This document shows positions 9,102 through 18,923 of a stretch of 64,000 nucleotides of DNA, one piece after another. The translations under genes were made by a program, and so were the position numbers. Source of the DNA: a virus; IMG/VR virus record IMGVR_UViG_3300030329_006012, positions 32,001 through 96,000 of that record, one strand, 5' to 3'. The notes below the pieces were generated by a model. It did not search any database and was not told where the DNA came from. It saw only the letters and a list, made by a program, of their open reading frames with translations. Positions within the stretch are counted from its first letter, which is position 1. Every line of letters starts with the position of its first letter.

Positions 9102-12063
9102 TCTTATAGGAAGAACAGTTCCAAATGTTATATTGGATACAGTTATTTTAAGGAGCGAAACCGGCTCCGATCCTACTGCCCTGAGAAAAATAGAGCTTAG
9201 GATGCATATTCCAGAATATATCTATGAAGACGGCACAGGGACTTGGTATACAAATGGAGATTACAAGACCAAGTTGAAAATAAGAATTCGAGTTGAGACA
9301 GAAAACGGCTCGGAAGAAATAACAAAGTCGTTTGAACAGATGTCTGGGCTGGATATTACGCTGTTACAGTCCGAGCAGAAATTTAAAAACATATACTTTT
9401 CCGAAGAAATCGTTGCCGCCGAGCTACCTGGTTTATTGACGGCCACCAGTCCGGAGATGTTGAAGGTGTCCGTGGAAACCATCATTCCCGCCTACAACTT
9501 ATCCCCTCCGATTAACTTTGGGAATATCGGGTTCACGGAGCTCAAGGGAAAAACCTCTTCTGTAGATGTTATCGCCAACGGAAACGTCTTGTCGAGAACA
9601 GTTGGCTACTTCTTGGAAGGAACATTTTACAACGGCCCAAAGACACAACTTACAAACGGAAGGTGGGTTACTGGAGACGCCCAGAATGAGGCATCGCAGT
9701 TTCTAATAGAAAGAGAAGTTCCAAATATAAAAGTCATGGATCTCAGAGATACTGGTCTGTATCAAGATGTCCGTTACGGCAGATGGGATTCCGGCGTAGA
9801 TATCACTAAAAAAGGAGCCTACTTTTCTCCGATGAGTACAACCAGGGACACCAATGGAGTTGCAAGGTTTTTGTTTACCCTTGATTATAAGAGAGCATAT
9901 GCAGAGAATTCTCTCTGGGACTTCATGTTCGAGAGACTTTCGGAAAACCTTCAAGACCGTGTGCTGCTGTGGTCTTCCTTGAGAAAGTTGGCCTTGAAAA
10001 GAGTGCGCGTTGGTGCAGCATTCGTAAATGATGTTCCTCAAACCATTGTTTCGAGTGGCGAGTTGTCGGGAGACAGATTTGTAGATTACTCAGACTCCAC
10101 TGCCTCGATCAAGGAAGAGGAATTTAATTTTCAGAAGGGGACTTTATTTTTAAGATCTTTTTCTGGAGCCGATAAATCCTTTAAAGACATTTCGTTTGGA
10201 GAGTATGCATATATTGCAGAAGCAGAAATTAGAGACGGGATGTATCAATTTGTGAGTTTCCAACTTGAAGACCTCAAAAAATCATACCAGCTTTTAAGAC
10301 AATATATAAATAGGATGCAACAGGCCGGCCACATGACGTCGGATCAGCGACCAACAGCAGCATTTAACAATAAAATAAATGCAGAAACAGATTTTTTAAA
10401 CAGACCCTATATAAGAGCCCTTGTTTCAATGTCAGAAGGAATATATTTCTATGAAGGCAGAAGCGTGAGCGAAGAGGCAAAGATATTGAGAACACTTAGG
10501 GCAAAGTTGAGTCCGGTCACTTCCACACTTGGCACGTTGCTTGAGGTGCTTGGCGACATGGAATCAGTAATAACGATTACTCAAAAGAAGCTGGACGCTA
10601 TCAGCGACAAAGCCGCCACTGCCACTACACAGGGCGCCCCGTTTGGGAACATGGTATATTCCGTTGAAGAAACATTTACCAACCTCTTTGATGCAACGAA
10701 AAGTTTTAAAACCGGCCTAAGTTTCCTTTCCGCTACGGAGATACTGGAATCCTCCGACGCCACGGGCCTCAAGGTCGTATCTTCTGAAAAGTTCGAAAAG
10801 AGAGTCGAAGCCGAGGGGATTAACTTCTTTAATTCAAAGGAACCCACGTTTACCATACAGGGATCGCAAGATACCCTCTCTGAAACAGGTAGAACCACTT
10901 CGTTCACTTACTTAACACCAACATCCGCGAGAGTGGGAAATATCGTGTATGCGGTTGGCCCAACAACGGGCTTAACCTCGACAGAGGGCATCGATGTCAC
11001 ATCCCTTTCTCTTGGAGATTCTAAGGGAAAATATAAGACCGTGTTATCTGACTTAAGATATTCTAGAGTTACCGACAGCGGCGTCGGCGCAGAGCCACTT
11101 ACTATTACTCCGGTTTCCGATCCTGATTTCGAATCAATCGCACCCGAAGGTGAGCCAAATCCGAACAATTCCGCCGTTGACACAATTTACAGCTTCGGGT
11201 CTTCAATCGCTGCTGAAAGTTATAACAGCCCGTTTGAGTTCTTGAGGGTTGATAAGATCGAGGGAGACAGTGTTTTTATTACTGGCATTACGGGCCAAAT
11301 GGCAACCCTAACAAAAGAAAAATTCAGCCTGCTCCCAAATTACTTTAAATCAATATTGGCAAACTCTCAGGTATTTGGCAATAGTTATTCAAAAATTTAT
11401 GATAGTGCGTCCAATGGCGACGTCGATCCCTATAGCTTGATTATAGGCTCGGTTGCAAAGATCGAGGTTCTTACGGGGTACAAAAAAGAAAACATTGAGT
11501 ATGCCATGCATACAACCCGCCGACCAGAATACATGGTCCGAGAACCCATCTGGGAGCCTCTCACTTATGAGCTTTACAGAAGAAACTCAGGTACGAACCT
11601 TTTGTGCCGCCTGTCAAAGTATGATAACAATGCCATCGGTTTTCATAGGAGCAATGATGCCGCAATATACAACCACTACTTTGTGCTCGACGCACCAGTC
11701 GTCTCTACGATTTACGGAAACGACGGAAGCAATAATTTGCAACTAGATTTAAACGGAGCGAGATCAATCAATGATCTTGCAAATATATTCAGTAACTATG
11801 GGATTGATTATAATCCAGGTTCCGGTACCGGTGCTGACGATGATATTGATTTCGGCGCCGATGCTTGCGCTGCTCTATTGGATGAGCAGTTGGCAGAACA
11901 GATGAGTGGTGCAGACGTAACTGCAGCCATCGATGCCTTAAAGTTGCAGCCGATGAGAGAGGGCGACATCGCCCCATTTGCCGGCGTCCTTATTGATTCT
12001 GAGTCGGCCGAAGAAATAAGCGATGTACTTAGCGATATAGATTCTACAGGGGGAAGTGAGTAA
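9088..12063 (+). CDS. Hypothetical protein (991 aa), probably structural
   Basis: Long ORF overlapping its neighbours in the structural operon; no recognised catalytic motif. Confidence 0.7.
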   Translation: MAAIDLIGRTVPNVILDTVILRSETGSDPTALRKIELRMHIPEYIYEDGTGTWYTNGDYKTKLKIRIRVETENGSEEITKSFEQMSGLDITLLQSEQKFKNIYFSEEIVAAELPGLLTATSPEMLKVSVETIIPAYNLSPPINFGNIGFTELKGKTSSVDVIANGNVLSRTVGYFLEGTFYNGPKTQLTNGRWVTGDAQNEASQFLIEREVPNIKVMDLRDTGLYQDVRYGRWDSGVDITKKGAYFSPMSTTRDTNGVARFLFTLDYKRAYAENSLWDFMFERLSENLQDRVLLWSSLRKLALKRVRVGAAFVNDVPQTIVSSGELSGDRFVDYSDSTASIKEEEFNFQKGTLFLRSFSGADKSFKDISFGEYAYIAEAEIRDGMYQFVSFQLEDLKKSYQLLRQYINRMQQAGHMTSDQRPTAAFNNKINAETDFLNRPYIRALVSMSEGIYFYEGRSVSEEAKILRTLRAKLSPVTSTLGTLLEVLGDMESVITITQKKLDAISDKAATATTQGAPFGNMVYSVEETFTNLFDATKSFKTGLSFLSATEILESSDATGLKVVSSEKFEKRVEAEGINFFNSKEPTFTIQGSQDTLSETGRTTSFTYLTPTSARVGNIVYAVGPTTGLTSTEGIDVTSLSLGDSKGKYKTVLSDLRYSRVTDSGVGAEPLTITPVSDPDFESIAPEGEPNPNNSAVDTIYSFGSSIAAESYNSPFEFLRVDKIEGDSVFITGITGQMATLTKEKFSLLPNYFKSILANSQVFGNSYSKIYDSASNGDVDPYSLIIGSVAKIEVLTGYKKENIEYAMHTTRRPEYMVREPIWEPLTYELYRRNSGTNLLCRLSKYDNNAIGFHRSNDAAIYNHYFVLDAPVVSTIYGNDGSNNLQLDLNGARSINDLANIFSNYGIDYNPGSGTGADDDIDFGADACAALLDEQLAEQMSGADVTAAIDALKLQPMREGDIAPFAGVLIDSESAEEISDVLSDIDSTGGSE

Positions 12064-14297
12064 TGCCAGAGAATAACGATTTTGTTGAGCCAGTCAAGCC
12101 TGTGGTCACACCACCTCTTGATACGGCGCAAGAAGCACTAGATCAAGAAGTTGTTCGAACCAATCTACCACTTCAGTTGCCGCCACATGCAATGCCTTCC
12201 ATAGACGGGAAAGGCTCAATGGAGGATATCTTTTGTGTAGCTAAATCTACGATTAATCGAGACCCCTTCCTGCTAACTCTTGGTGGCTCCTATATTATCG
12301 ATGGTGATTCGATCACCACCCAAAACAATGCGTCCGTCCCATTTGAAGCCGTCTACTACATCACTGATTTTACTGGTTCCGCAGATCCACTCGGCGGCAC
12401 TACCACTTTTGCCAAGATTATACCAACGAAGACTGGAACTAAAATGCCAGCGTCACCCACTAACACTTATTTTCACGACGCATTTGATGTTCCTGTGCGC
12501 CCCATTTCCACGGCCAAAACAGTATACGGAACCTACATTAGTGATTATGAGGACTATATTGCAGAGCAGACGCAAGATCCTGAGTTGACAATGATGGATG
12601 TATATGGCACCGTCTTATCACTTGGCAACGACTCAGAATTAAATAACGCAGCGAGGAGAGTGTACCCTAATGGCACACCCCTAACGACAGACTGGCAAAT
12701 TCAAGATGGCAATCAGTGGGCCGATCTCGATGCTGAATCACGGATAATCACATATTTTAGAGATTTCGGAGCTAATAGTGTTCAGCCTGCACTAAACTAT
12801 AAAAACGTAATCTACCCCCACAACGCCGTTGTTTCAGCAAACAGTGCGTTTGCACTAGCAAAAGATTCTTTTCCATTCTATGTGAACTTCAACATTAATA
12901 TGGCCCCCTCTGGTGATATGTGCAAGAGTCTCATAGATACGAAGTATGCAGATAAATTCACCGCCAATATCGGAGCCACAATCTCAAATGGAGATGTGTT
13001 CACGAGAGAGGATCTTGTCCAGCAAACCCGCGACGGCATAAAGAATTATAGGTCAAGAGTTTACGACGCAAACTTGCTGGCCACATATGATGCCTCATCC
13101 TTTATATCAAATTCGGTTGTACTGGGAACAGAGGAAGATCTCAAAGAAGCGTTTCCGAGCTTGCAGCCAACATTCAATGACGTCATCGAGGCCCTGAAGT
13201 ATCTCATTGATTTAAGAAACTTGCTGACAACAAACGCTCTCAACTTTATTGACATTGCTTCAGGGAAGAAATGCTACTCAGAGGTGATTGTCTATAGAAT
13301 AGCTAAGTTCTCCGAAGAAGATCCGCTGGCCCCAATTCAGAACTTTTATTTCTTCAATAGCCCTGACGCATCTACTTTCAACTTTATGGACTCACAAGTG
13401 GTTCCTGGCAAGATGTACAATTACAAAATCTATGCTTATTCGTTTGTTGCTGCAACCGCTTACGAATATGACAACATTACAGATGAGGAAGTTTTCGGCA
13501 TCGCAAAGGTCAACGCATTCTCAAAGGCACAAATCGCAGAAACACTAATCTCAGAGACTAGGGCGTTTGTCACGAGTCTGCCACCGACAAGCCCAGAGGT
13601 GGAGTTTAGATCCTTTCTCGGAGAAGAGAAACAAATCCAGCTCCTCTTTCAAGATAGTATCCAACGGATTGTAGAGCAGCCAGTCATTTTGAATCAGGAA
13701 GAGAGGCTTCTTGCCAACCGTCTCAGGGTTTCGCAAGGTGTCACACACGAAGCCCCGCTAACTTTCTTTAATGATGACGAGACTAAAGTCTATGAGATAT
13801 ATAGAAGCACCGTTGCTCCTGACCGGGTTGATGATTTTGCCGACAAGCTTTCCCGCCGTGTCACTGGCAAAGTAGTTCTTGAGGGCCTAAGATCAGATCA
13901 GACTTACTACTATATGTTTAGGACTGTAGACAGCCACGGAAATATATCTAACCCATCTGTACCATTTGAAGTGACGCTCATCGGCGGCCTCTCGCCATAT
14001 CTTTTGGTAAATGAATATTTATATCCTTTTGTCGCTCAGGAGAAAAAACAAAAGCAGAAGCCTTTTAAGAGGTTCATGAGAGTAAGGCCGGCCCTTCAGC
14101 AACTCATGCTTAATACTTCATCCGGGATACAAGATAAGAAGTCTTCTCTTGACGTGAATAATGTGACTCTTGGAGTTGCCACCGACGGAAAAGTTTGGGG
14201 AAAGAAATATAAAATTCGAGTTATCTCGAAGGAAACAGGAAAGAAAATAGACTTTAATTTTAAATATGATTATAATTTTGATTATAGAGAACAATAA
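12063..14297 (+). CDS. Hypothetical structural protein (744 aa) with FN3-like segments
   Basis: TAATG coupling. The segments YEIYRS...LRSDQTYYYMFRTVDSHGNISNPS and PGKMYNYKIYAY are FN3-like strands. Confidence 0.65.
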   Translation: MPENNDFVEPVKPVVTPPLDTAQEALDQEVVRTNLPLQLPPHAMPSIDGKGSMEDIFCVAKSTINRDPFLLTLGGSYIIDGDSITTQNNASVPFEAVYYITDFTGSADPLGGTTTFAKIIPTKTGTKMPASPTNTYFHDAFDVPVRPISTAKTVYGTYISDYEDYIAEQTQDPELTMMDVYGTVLSLGNDSELNNAARRVYPNGTPLTTDWQIQDGNQWADLDAESRIITYFRDFGANSVQPALNYKNVIYPHNAVVSANSAFALAKDSFPFYVNFNINMAPSGDMCKSLIDTKYADKFTANIGATISNGDVFTREDLVQQTRDGIKNYRSRVYDANLLATYDASSFISNSVVLGTEEDLKEAFPSLQPTFNDVIEALKYLIDLRNLLTTNALNFIDIASGKKCYSEVIVYRIAKFSEEDPLAPIQNFYFFNSPDASTFNFMDSQVVPGKMYNYKIYAYSFVAATAYEYDNITDEEVFGIAKVNAFSKAQIAETLISETRAFVTSLPPTSPEVEFRSFLGEEKQIQLLFQDSIQRIVEQPVILNQEERLLANRLRVSQGVTHEAPLTFFNDDETKVYEIYRSTVAPDRVDDFADKLSRRVTGKVVLEGLRSDQTYYYMFRTVDSHGNISNPSVPFEVTLIGGLSPYLLVNEYLYPFVAQEKKQKQKPFKRFMRVRPALQQLMLNTSSGIQDKKSSLDVNNVTLGVATDGKVWGKKYKIRVISKETGKKIDFNFKYDYNFDYREQ

Positions 14298-14329
14298 TAT
14301 TTAAAAAACCCGTCTATTTAGTGTAGAAT

Positions 14330-14337
14330 ACTATTTA
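14330..14337 (+). promoter_or_regulatory. Candidate late-promoter motif ACTATTTA (second copy TCTATTTA at 14313-14320)
   Basis: Intergenic, 29 nt before the SD-led ATG at 14359; the motif recurs before many structural genes. Confidence 0.55.
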
Positions 14338-14358
14338 TCGTTACAGGAGAATGTAAAA

Positions 14359-15249
14359 ATGGCTTTTTTAGATAACAGTGGAGACATCATTATTGATGCA
14401 GTTTTGACAGATACGGGCAGATATAGACTTGCCCAAGGCGATGGATCTTTTAAGATTTCTAAGTTTGCTCTTGGCGACGACGAGATTGATTACGCTCTTT
14501 ACGATGCCGACGCATCCGACGCCACGGCCGATTTGCAAATTATGCAGACTCCGATCTTGGAGGCATTTACAAACAACGCATCTTCGATGAAGAGTAAGTT
14601 GGTCTCTCTATCGAGGAACAACATTCTTTACATGCCTGTCTTGAGGGAAAATAATTACAACCCAAATGTTTTAAACGAAGAATTTCAAATGTATGTTGTA
14701 GCTGCAGATGAGACCACCGAGAATAACACAAACCAGACTGATGCCAATTGGCTCTTTGGGGAAAACTTTCAAAATGCCGGACAAATTAGGATCGATCAGG
14801 GTATCGACAGTGATGCTATTTCACCAAAGTTTTCCATTGAGTCAGACTTGGAAGAGTCCCAATATATAATCGAGATAGATAATCGCTTGGGAACCATTGT
14901 GTCGGACACTGGCCCAGCTGCCAAGATTGCGTTTATTGATGATGATAATATCGCAACTTATATTCTTGCACAGAACACCGACCCTTCGTATGTAACAAAG
15001 AACGCAAGTACTTCCCAAGCAGGCGAAGTCATCAAGGGCCCAAGGGGCACAACAATAAAATTTTCAATTCAATCTTCAATCGAAGTTAACACGAGTACTT
15101 ATCTTTTTGATACGCTCGGCTCCACCGGCGCTGCTCCCATGACGGGTCTGACCGGCGGATTTAAATATATCGACACAACTGTTAGAATCCAAGGCGCTAC
15201 TACGGGAGCGCAGATCGATCTGCCAGTCAGATTTGTCAAATCATCGTAG
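14359..15249 (+). CDS. Putative baseplate/tail-collar-like structural protein (296 aa)
   Basis: SD AGGAG. The N-terminal DAVLTDTGRYRLAQG..FKISKFALGD resembles tail-collar/fibre-attachment N-termini. Confidence 0.55.
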   Translation: MAFLDNSGDIIIDAVLTDTGRYRLAQGDGSFKISKFALGDDEIDYALYDADASDATADLQIMQTPILEAFTNNASSMKSKLVSLSRNNILYMPVLRENNYNPNVLNEEFQMYVVAADETTENNTNQTDANWLFGENFQNAGQIRIDQGIDSDAISPKFSIESDLEESQYIIEIDNRLGTIVSDTGPAAKIAFIDDDNIATYILAQNTDPSYVTKNASTSQAGEVIKGPRGTTIKFSIQSSIEVNTSTYLFDTLGSTGAAPMTGLTGGFKYIDTTVRIQGATTGAQIDLPVRFVKSS

Positions 15250-15265
15250 AACAGGGGTATAAGAA

Positions 15266-16294
15266 ATGGCAACAATTTTTAAGAATTTATCAAGCGACAA
15301 CATCACGTCTACGAGAACGCTTTTACATGAATCAGTTCCAGTGACGGGAACAATCGTTTCCGGCAGTGCATATGATGATTCGAACATCAAAAACTACTCT
15401 CACGGCATGTTTCAATCAGTATATGATTACCCCATTCTGAGCTCCTCTGCCAATCATCTTTTTGATTTAACCTGTGGCTATGCAACAGGATCGCACTTGA
15501 ATGTTTCTACCAACTCAGAGAACTCCAAGAAGGTAAACATTTATGGCCAAATGGCGCAAGTGCTCGTTGGGCACGATTCTTCTGGAAACATTTTGGAATT
15601 TGATAATGACGGCAACTTTGCCACTACTGGTGACAAAATTACAGAAGCCTATTTTATTAATCTTTCTCGGCTCCTAACCAAAGACGAAATCAAGAAGGGA
15701 ACCTTTTCTCTTGAGATTGGTGACGGTACAGCTTATGACACCCCATTTTCTTCAACAGAAATAATTTCCGACGCAGGAGCAGACACTAACTATAGAACAA
15801 ACTCTCCAGCCGGCGAATACGGTGTTTTATACACAGGTTCGGCTCCGTTTACGGAAGGTACAGGCGTTGGACTTATTTACTATCAAGCCGGAGTTGCTGT
15901 CTTGACAGCCTCTGTCTTTGGTTCGGCAATTATGAATACTGCAGATGACGAAGTAGAGGCAGCTCTCACCGGGACCACTATTCAGGATAATGCAGATGAT
16001 CTCCGCCACCGTTATGAGAATATGTCTTTCAACAATACAATTGAGTTGAACTCTACCATTTACTTCTGTAACGCCAATCACAATGAGTTTAACTACAGCT
16101 CGAATCCAACATACTTGAGCAGTAGCCAAATCAGAGTTAAGGATGGAAATGCCCAGAAATCTCCATCTTCATATATCACTTCTGTGGGCCTTTACTCAGC
16201 TGACAATGAGCTTTTGGCAACAGCGAAATTATCTGAACCACTTAAAAAGGATCCCTCATCCACGCTCACGCTTAGGGTGAGGCTAGATTATTAG
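15266..16294 (+). CDS. Putative baseplate-associated structural protein (342 aa)
   Basis: C-terminal YITSVGLYSADNELLATAKLSEPLKK; paralogous to the next gene. Confidence 0.6.
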   Translation: MATIFKNLSSDNITSTRTLLHESVPVTGTIVSGSAYDDSNIKNYSHGMFQSVYDYPILSSSANHLFDLTCGYATGSHLNVSTNSENSKKVNIYGQMAQVLVGHDSSGNILEFDNDGNFATTGDKITEAYFINLSRLLTKDEIKKGTFSLEIGDGTAYDTPFSSTEIISDAGADTNYRTNSPAGEYGVLYTGSAPFTEGTGVGLIYYQAGVAVLTASVFGSAIMNTADDEVEAALTGTTIQDNADDLRHRYENMSFNNTIELNSTIYFCNANHNEFNYSSNPTYLSSSQIRVKDGNAQKSPSSYITSVGLYSADNELLATAKLSEPLKKDPSSTLTLRVRLDY

Positions 16295-16320
16295 ACCCCT
16301 TTTCCGAAGAGGAGGAGTGA

Positions 16321-17430
16321 ATGTCCTTTTACAAGTTTGATAAGAAAGATATTTTACTAAACAAGATTAGATCCTATCCTGAAGTCAAGATTTATGTTGA
16401 CTCTGGTAATGTTTACTATAACAATTCTTACGTGCCAGGCATAAAGCCTGTCAATCATATTTCTGGAAGTGAACTTCGGGTTGCACAAAATTCATGGAAC
16501 TGCCGACCAGTGTTTGTTCCGTCTTCCTCCTATGACTCCCCAACCGTTCTTCCTGACACGATATGGACAAAAGACTATTTCTTAAGCTCAAGTGCCAACA
16601 TTTCATCTGACTACTTAATTGGCGCACCCGTTGTTTATCCCGATAGCCCTCCCGATCCAAAACTGTCGGCACTGAAGAATACTTTAAATTATTATTCTAA
16701 AAACAGTATCAACTACTCCTTCTCTTCGAGCATCGGAGGGAACTCTTGGTACAAGCCAGAGCAAGACATGATGCTCATTAGCATACCCTCTATCTTATAT
16801 GGCTCTCAGATCCAACCCGGCAGTATTAAGTTGAGCTTTTATGTAACGGGAACACTCGCGGCCGAACTAACTGACTCCACTAAGCGAGGAGATCTCACCG
16901 ACGATAGCGGCAGAACTGCAGGAGTGGCTCTCTATAATGAGGGGTTCTTTCTGCTGACTGGCTCTTGGGCGCTAGGAGTAAGCACAGATATGAACTATCC
17001 GGTTCCTGACGACAACCCCCGATGGAAGTATTTCGGATATCAGAACCCTGCATTGACAGACTCTACATTCAATATAAGTTTCAATGGCACGACTTATACT
17101 CCGTCGATGACGATGTTTGCCCACGCAAACAAGGGAGAACTAAATAGTTCGAATAATCCAACTTTTATTAAGCACTCGTCATCTTTGGACGCCAACCAAA
17201 AGCTTCTTGTAACGAGCTCTCATATGTACGTGGAGAACAGCATGCGCGAGGTTGAGAATGTTACCTCGTCCTCTTTCGCTTCTTCTGGGTCTTTCGAAAA
17301 AACGTCGTACCTATCCTCTATTGGGGTTTATGATGATGATCACAATTTAGTTGGCATTGCCAAGCTCGCCACTCCCGTTAGAAAGAGGGAAAAAGATAGC
17401 TACACGTTTAAAATAAAGATGGATCTGTGA
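16321..17430 (+). CDS. Putative baseplate-associated structural protein (369 aa), paralog of 15266
   Basis: SD GGAGGAG. It shares ELNSSNNPT (vs EFNYSSNPT), G++LYNEG (vs G++YYQAG) and YLSSIGVYDDDHNLVGIAKLATPVRK with the 15266 ORF. Confidence 0.6.
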   Translation: MSFYKFDKKDILLNKIRSYPEVKIYVDSGNVYYNNSYVPGIKPVNHISGSELRVAQNSWNCRPVFVPSSSYDSPTVLPDTIWTKDYFLSSSANISSDYLIGAPVVYPDSPPDPKLSALKNTLNYYSKNSINYSFSSSIGGNSWYKPEQDMMLISIPSILYGSQIQPGSIKLSFYVTGTLAAELTDSTKRGDLTDDSGRTAGVALYNEGFFLLTGSWALGVSTDMNYPVPDDNPRWKYFGYQNPALTDSTFNISFNGTTYTPSMTMFAHANKGELNSSNNPTFIKHSSSLDANQKLLVTSSHMYVENSMREVENVTSSSFASSGSFEKTSYLSSIGVYDDDHNLVGIAKLATPVRKREKDSYTFKIKMDL

Positions 17431-17436
17431 TATAAT
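17428..17436 (+). promoter_or_regulatory. Extended -10 sigma70-type promoter (TGATATAAT); predicted +1 at the ATG of the RuvC-like gene (leaderless)
   Basis: TGnTATAAT ends at 17436, the ATG is 6 nt later at 17443, and no SD is present. Confidence 0.55.
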
Positions 17437-17442
17437 ATCTAT

Positions 17443-17964
17443 ATGATCTGTGGCCTTGATATTAGCACTAGCATTACTGGTGTTACATTACTTGACAATT
17501 CTGGAAAAATAGTGTATAATGAAGCTTGGGATACGAGAAAATTCAAGGATTTTTTCGCAAAAGCGGAGTTTATTAGAAGAAAAATAACATTCCTTACGGA
17601 GAGTTACGACATTGATGAGATATATATAGAGCAATCTCTGCAGTCTTTTCGCAGCGGATTCTCTTCTGCAAAGACACTTTCGTCATTAAGTCGATTCAAC
17701 GGAGTCGTTTCTTGGCTCATGTTTCAGCACACAAAGGTAAAACCAGAATACTTATCGGCAACTTCTGCCCGAAAGTCTTGCGGAATTAAAGTTCCGAGAG
17801 GCTCAAAGGCCAAACAGGTTGTTGTTGACTTTTTGCTTGACAATGAGCCACAATTTATGGTAGAATATACAAGATTCGGAAATGTTAAACCTGAATGCTT
17901 TGATAAGGCAGACAGCATAATTATAGCAAAAGCGGGATATAATTGTCGGCAGGACAGAAGTTAA
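17443..17964 (+). CDS. RuvC-like Holliday junction resolvase
   Basis: RNase H-fold acidic residues: ICGLDISTSITG, IYIEQ, FDKADSIIIA. Confidence 0.85.
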   Translation: MICGLDISTSITGVTLLDNSGKIVYNEAWDTRKFKDFFAKAEFIRRKITFLTESYDIDEIYIEQSLQSFRSGFSSAKTLSSLSRFNGVVSWLMFQHTKVKPEYLSATSARKSCGIKVPRGSKAKQVVVDFLLDNEPQFMVEYTRFGNVKPECFDKADSIIIAKAGYNCRQDRS

Positions 17965-18911
17965 AAATTCTAAGATCTTTTCTCGGACATTCACAGAAGG
18001 TCGGAGCAGAACATCTTTTTACATGCCCTAAGTGTAGGCACCACAAGAAAAAGCTTTCCATAAATATAGGAAAGGACAGCTTTAAGTGTTGGATCTGCGA
18101 CTACAAATCTCCATCTATCGCCAGACTCGTTCGGAGATATGGCGGGTTCAACCAGAAGGTTGAATGGGAGAGGATTTCAGGAAGAATCGATCTTTCATCG
18201 CCGGAGTCTGACCTTGTTTCGATGATAAACACAATCGGGGAAACAGCGCAGGAGTCGCTAGAAGAGGTAATTTCTTTACCGACAGAGTTTAAAACCCTAA
18301 CTGGAACGCCTACCCACATTTCCGCAGTTAAGGCGATGAGATATTTGAACTCTCGTGCCGTAGACAAGAAGGACATCTTAAAGTGGAAGATTGGGTATTG
18401 CTCAACAGGCGAATATGAAGACCGAATTGTGATCCCCTCATTCAACACCGATGGCAGGGTCAACTATTTTATAGCCAGATCGTATGGCGACTCTTGGATG
18501 AAGTATAAAAATCCACCGGCCCATAAAGATATAGTTTTTAACGAACTGTACGTTGATTGGGATAGCGATCTTATATTGGTCGAGGGTGTCTTCGACGCCC
18601 TTGTAGCCGGAAATGCTATTCCACTCTTAGGGTCCTCCCTGCGTGAAGACAGCAGGCTGTTCTCGAAGATTGTGCGACACGACACACCACTTTACATTGC
18701 ACTGGATCATGACGCTGAGTCCAAGGCAATAAGGCTAATTAATAGCCTCTTAAAATATGATATGGAAATATATAAAATTGACGTATCAGGCTTCAGCGAT
18801 GTTGGTAGTATGCCAAAGGAAATATTTAGACAAAGAAAGAATTCGGCCATCCCCATGACTGGCTCTCTTTCTTGTCTTGAGTATGCATTGAATGGACTCG
18901 ATGCACAATAG
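17943..18911 (+). CDS. DNA primase (zinc-binding + TOPRIM), phage DnaG-like
   Basis: CPKC..H...CWIC zinc ribbon; RIVIP, YFIAR, KYKNP; TOPRIM LVEGVFDAL and ALDHDA. TTG start is uncertain. Confidence 0.9.
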   Translation: MSAGQKLKILRSFLGHSQKVGAEHLFTCPKCRHHKKKLSINIGKDSFKCWICDYKSPSIARLVRRYGGFNQKVEWERISGRIDLSSPESDLVSMINTIGETAQESLEEVISLPTEFKTLTGTPTHISAVKAMRYLNSRAVDKKDILKWKIGYCSTGEYEDRIVIPSFNTDGRVNYFIARSYGDSWMKYKNPPAHKDIVFNELYVDWDSDLILVEGVFDALVAGNAIPLLGSSLREDSRLFSKIVRHDTPLYIALDHDAESKAIRLINSLLKYDMEIYKIDVSGFSDVGSMPKEIFRQRKNSAIPMTGSLSCLEYALNGLDAQ

Positions 18912-18923
18912 GAGAAAACAAAT

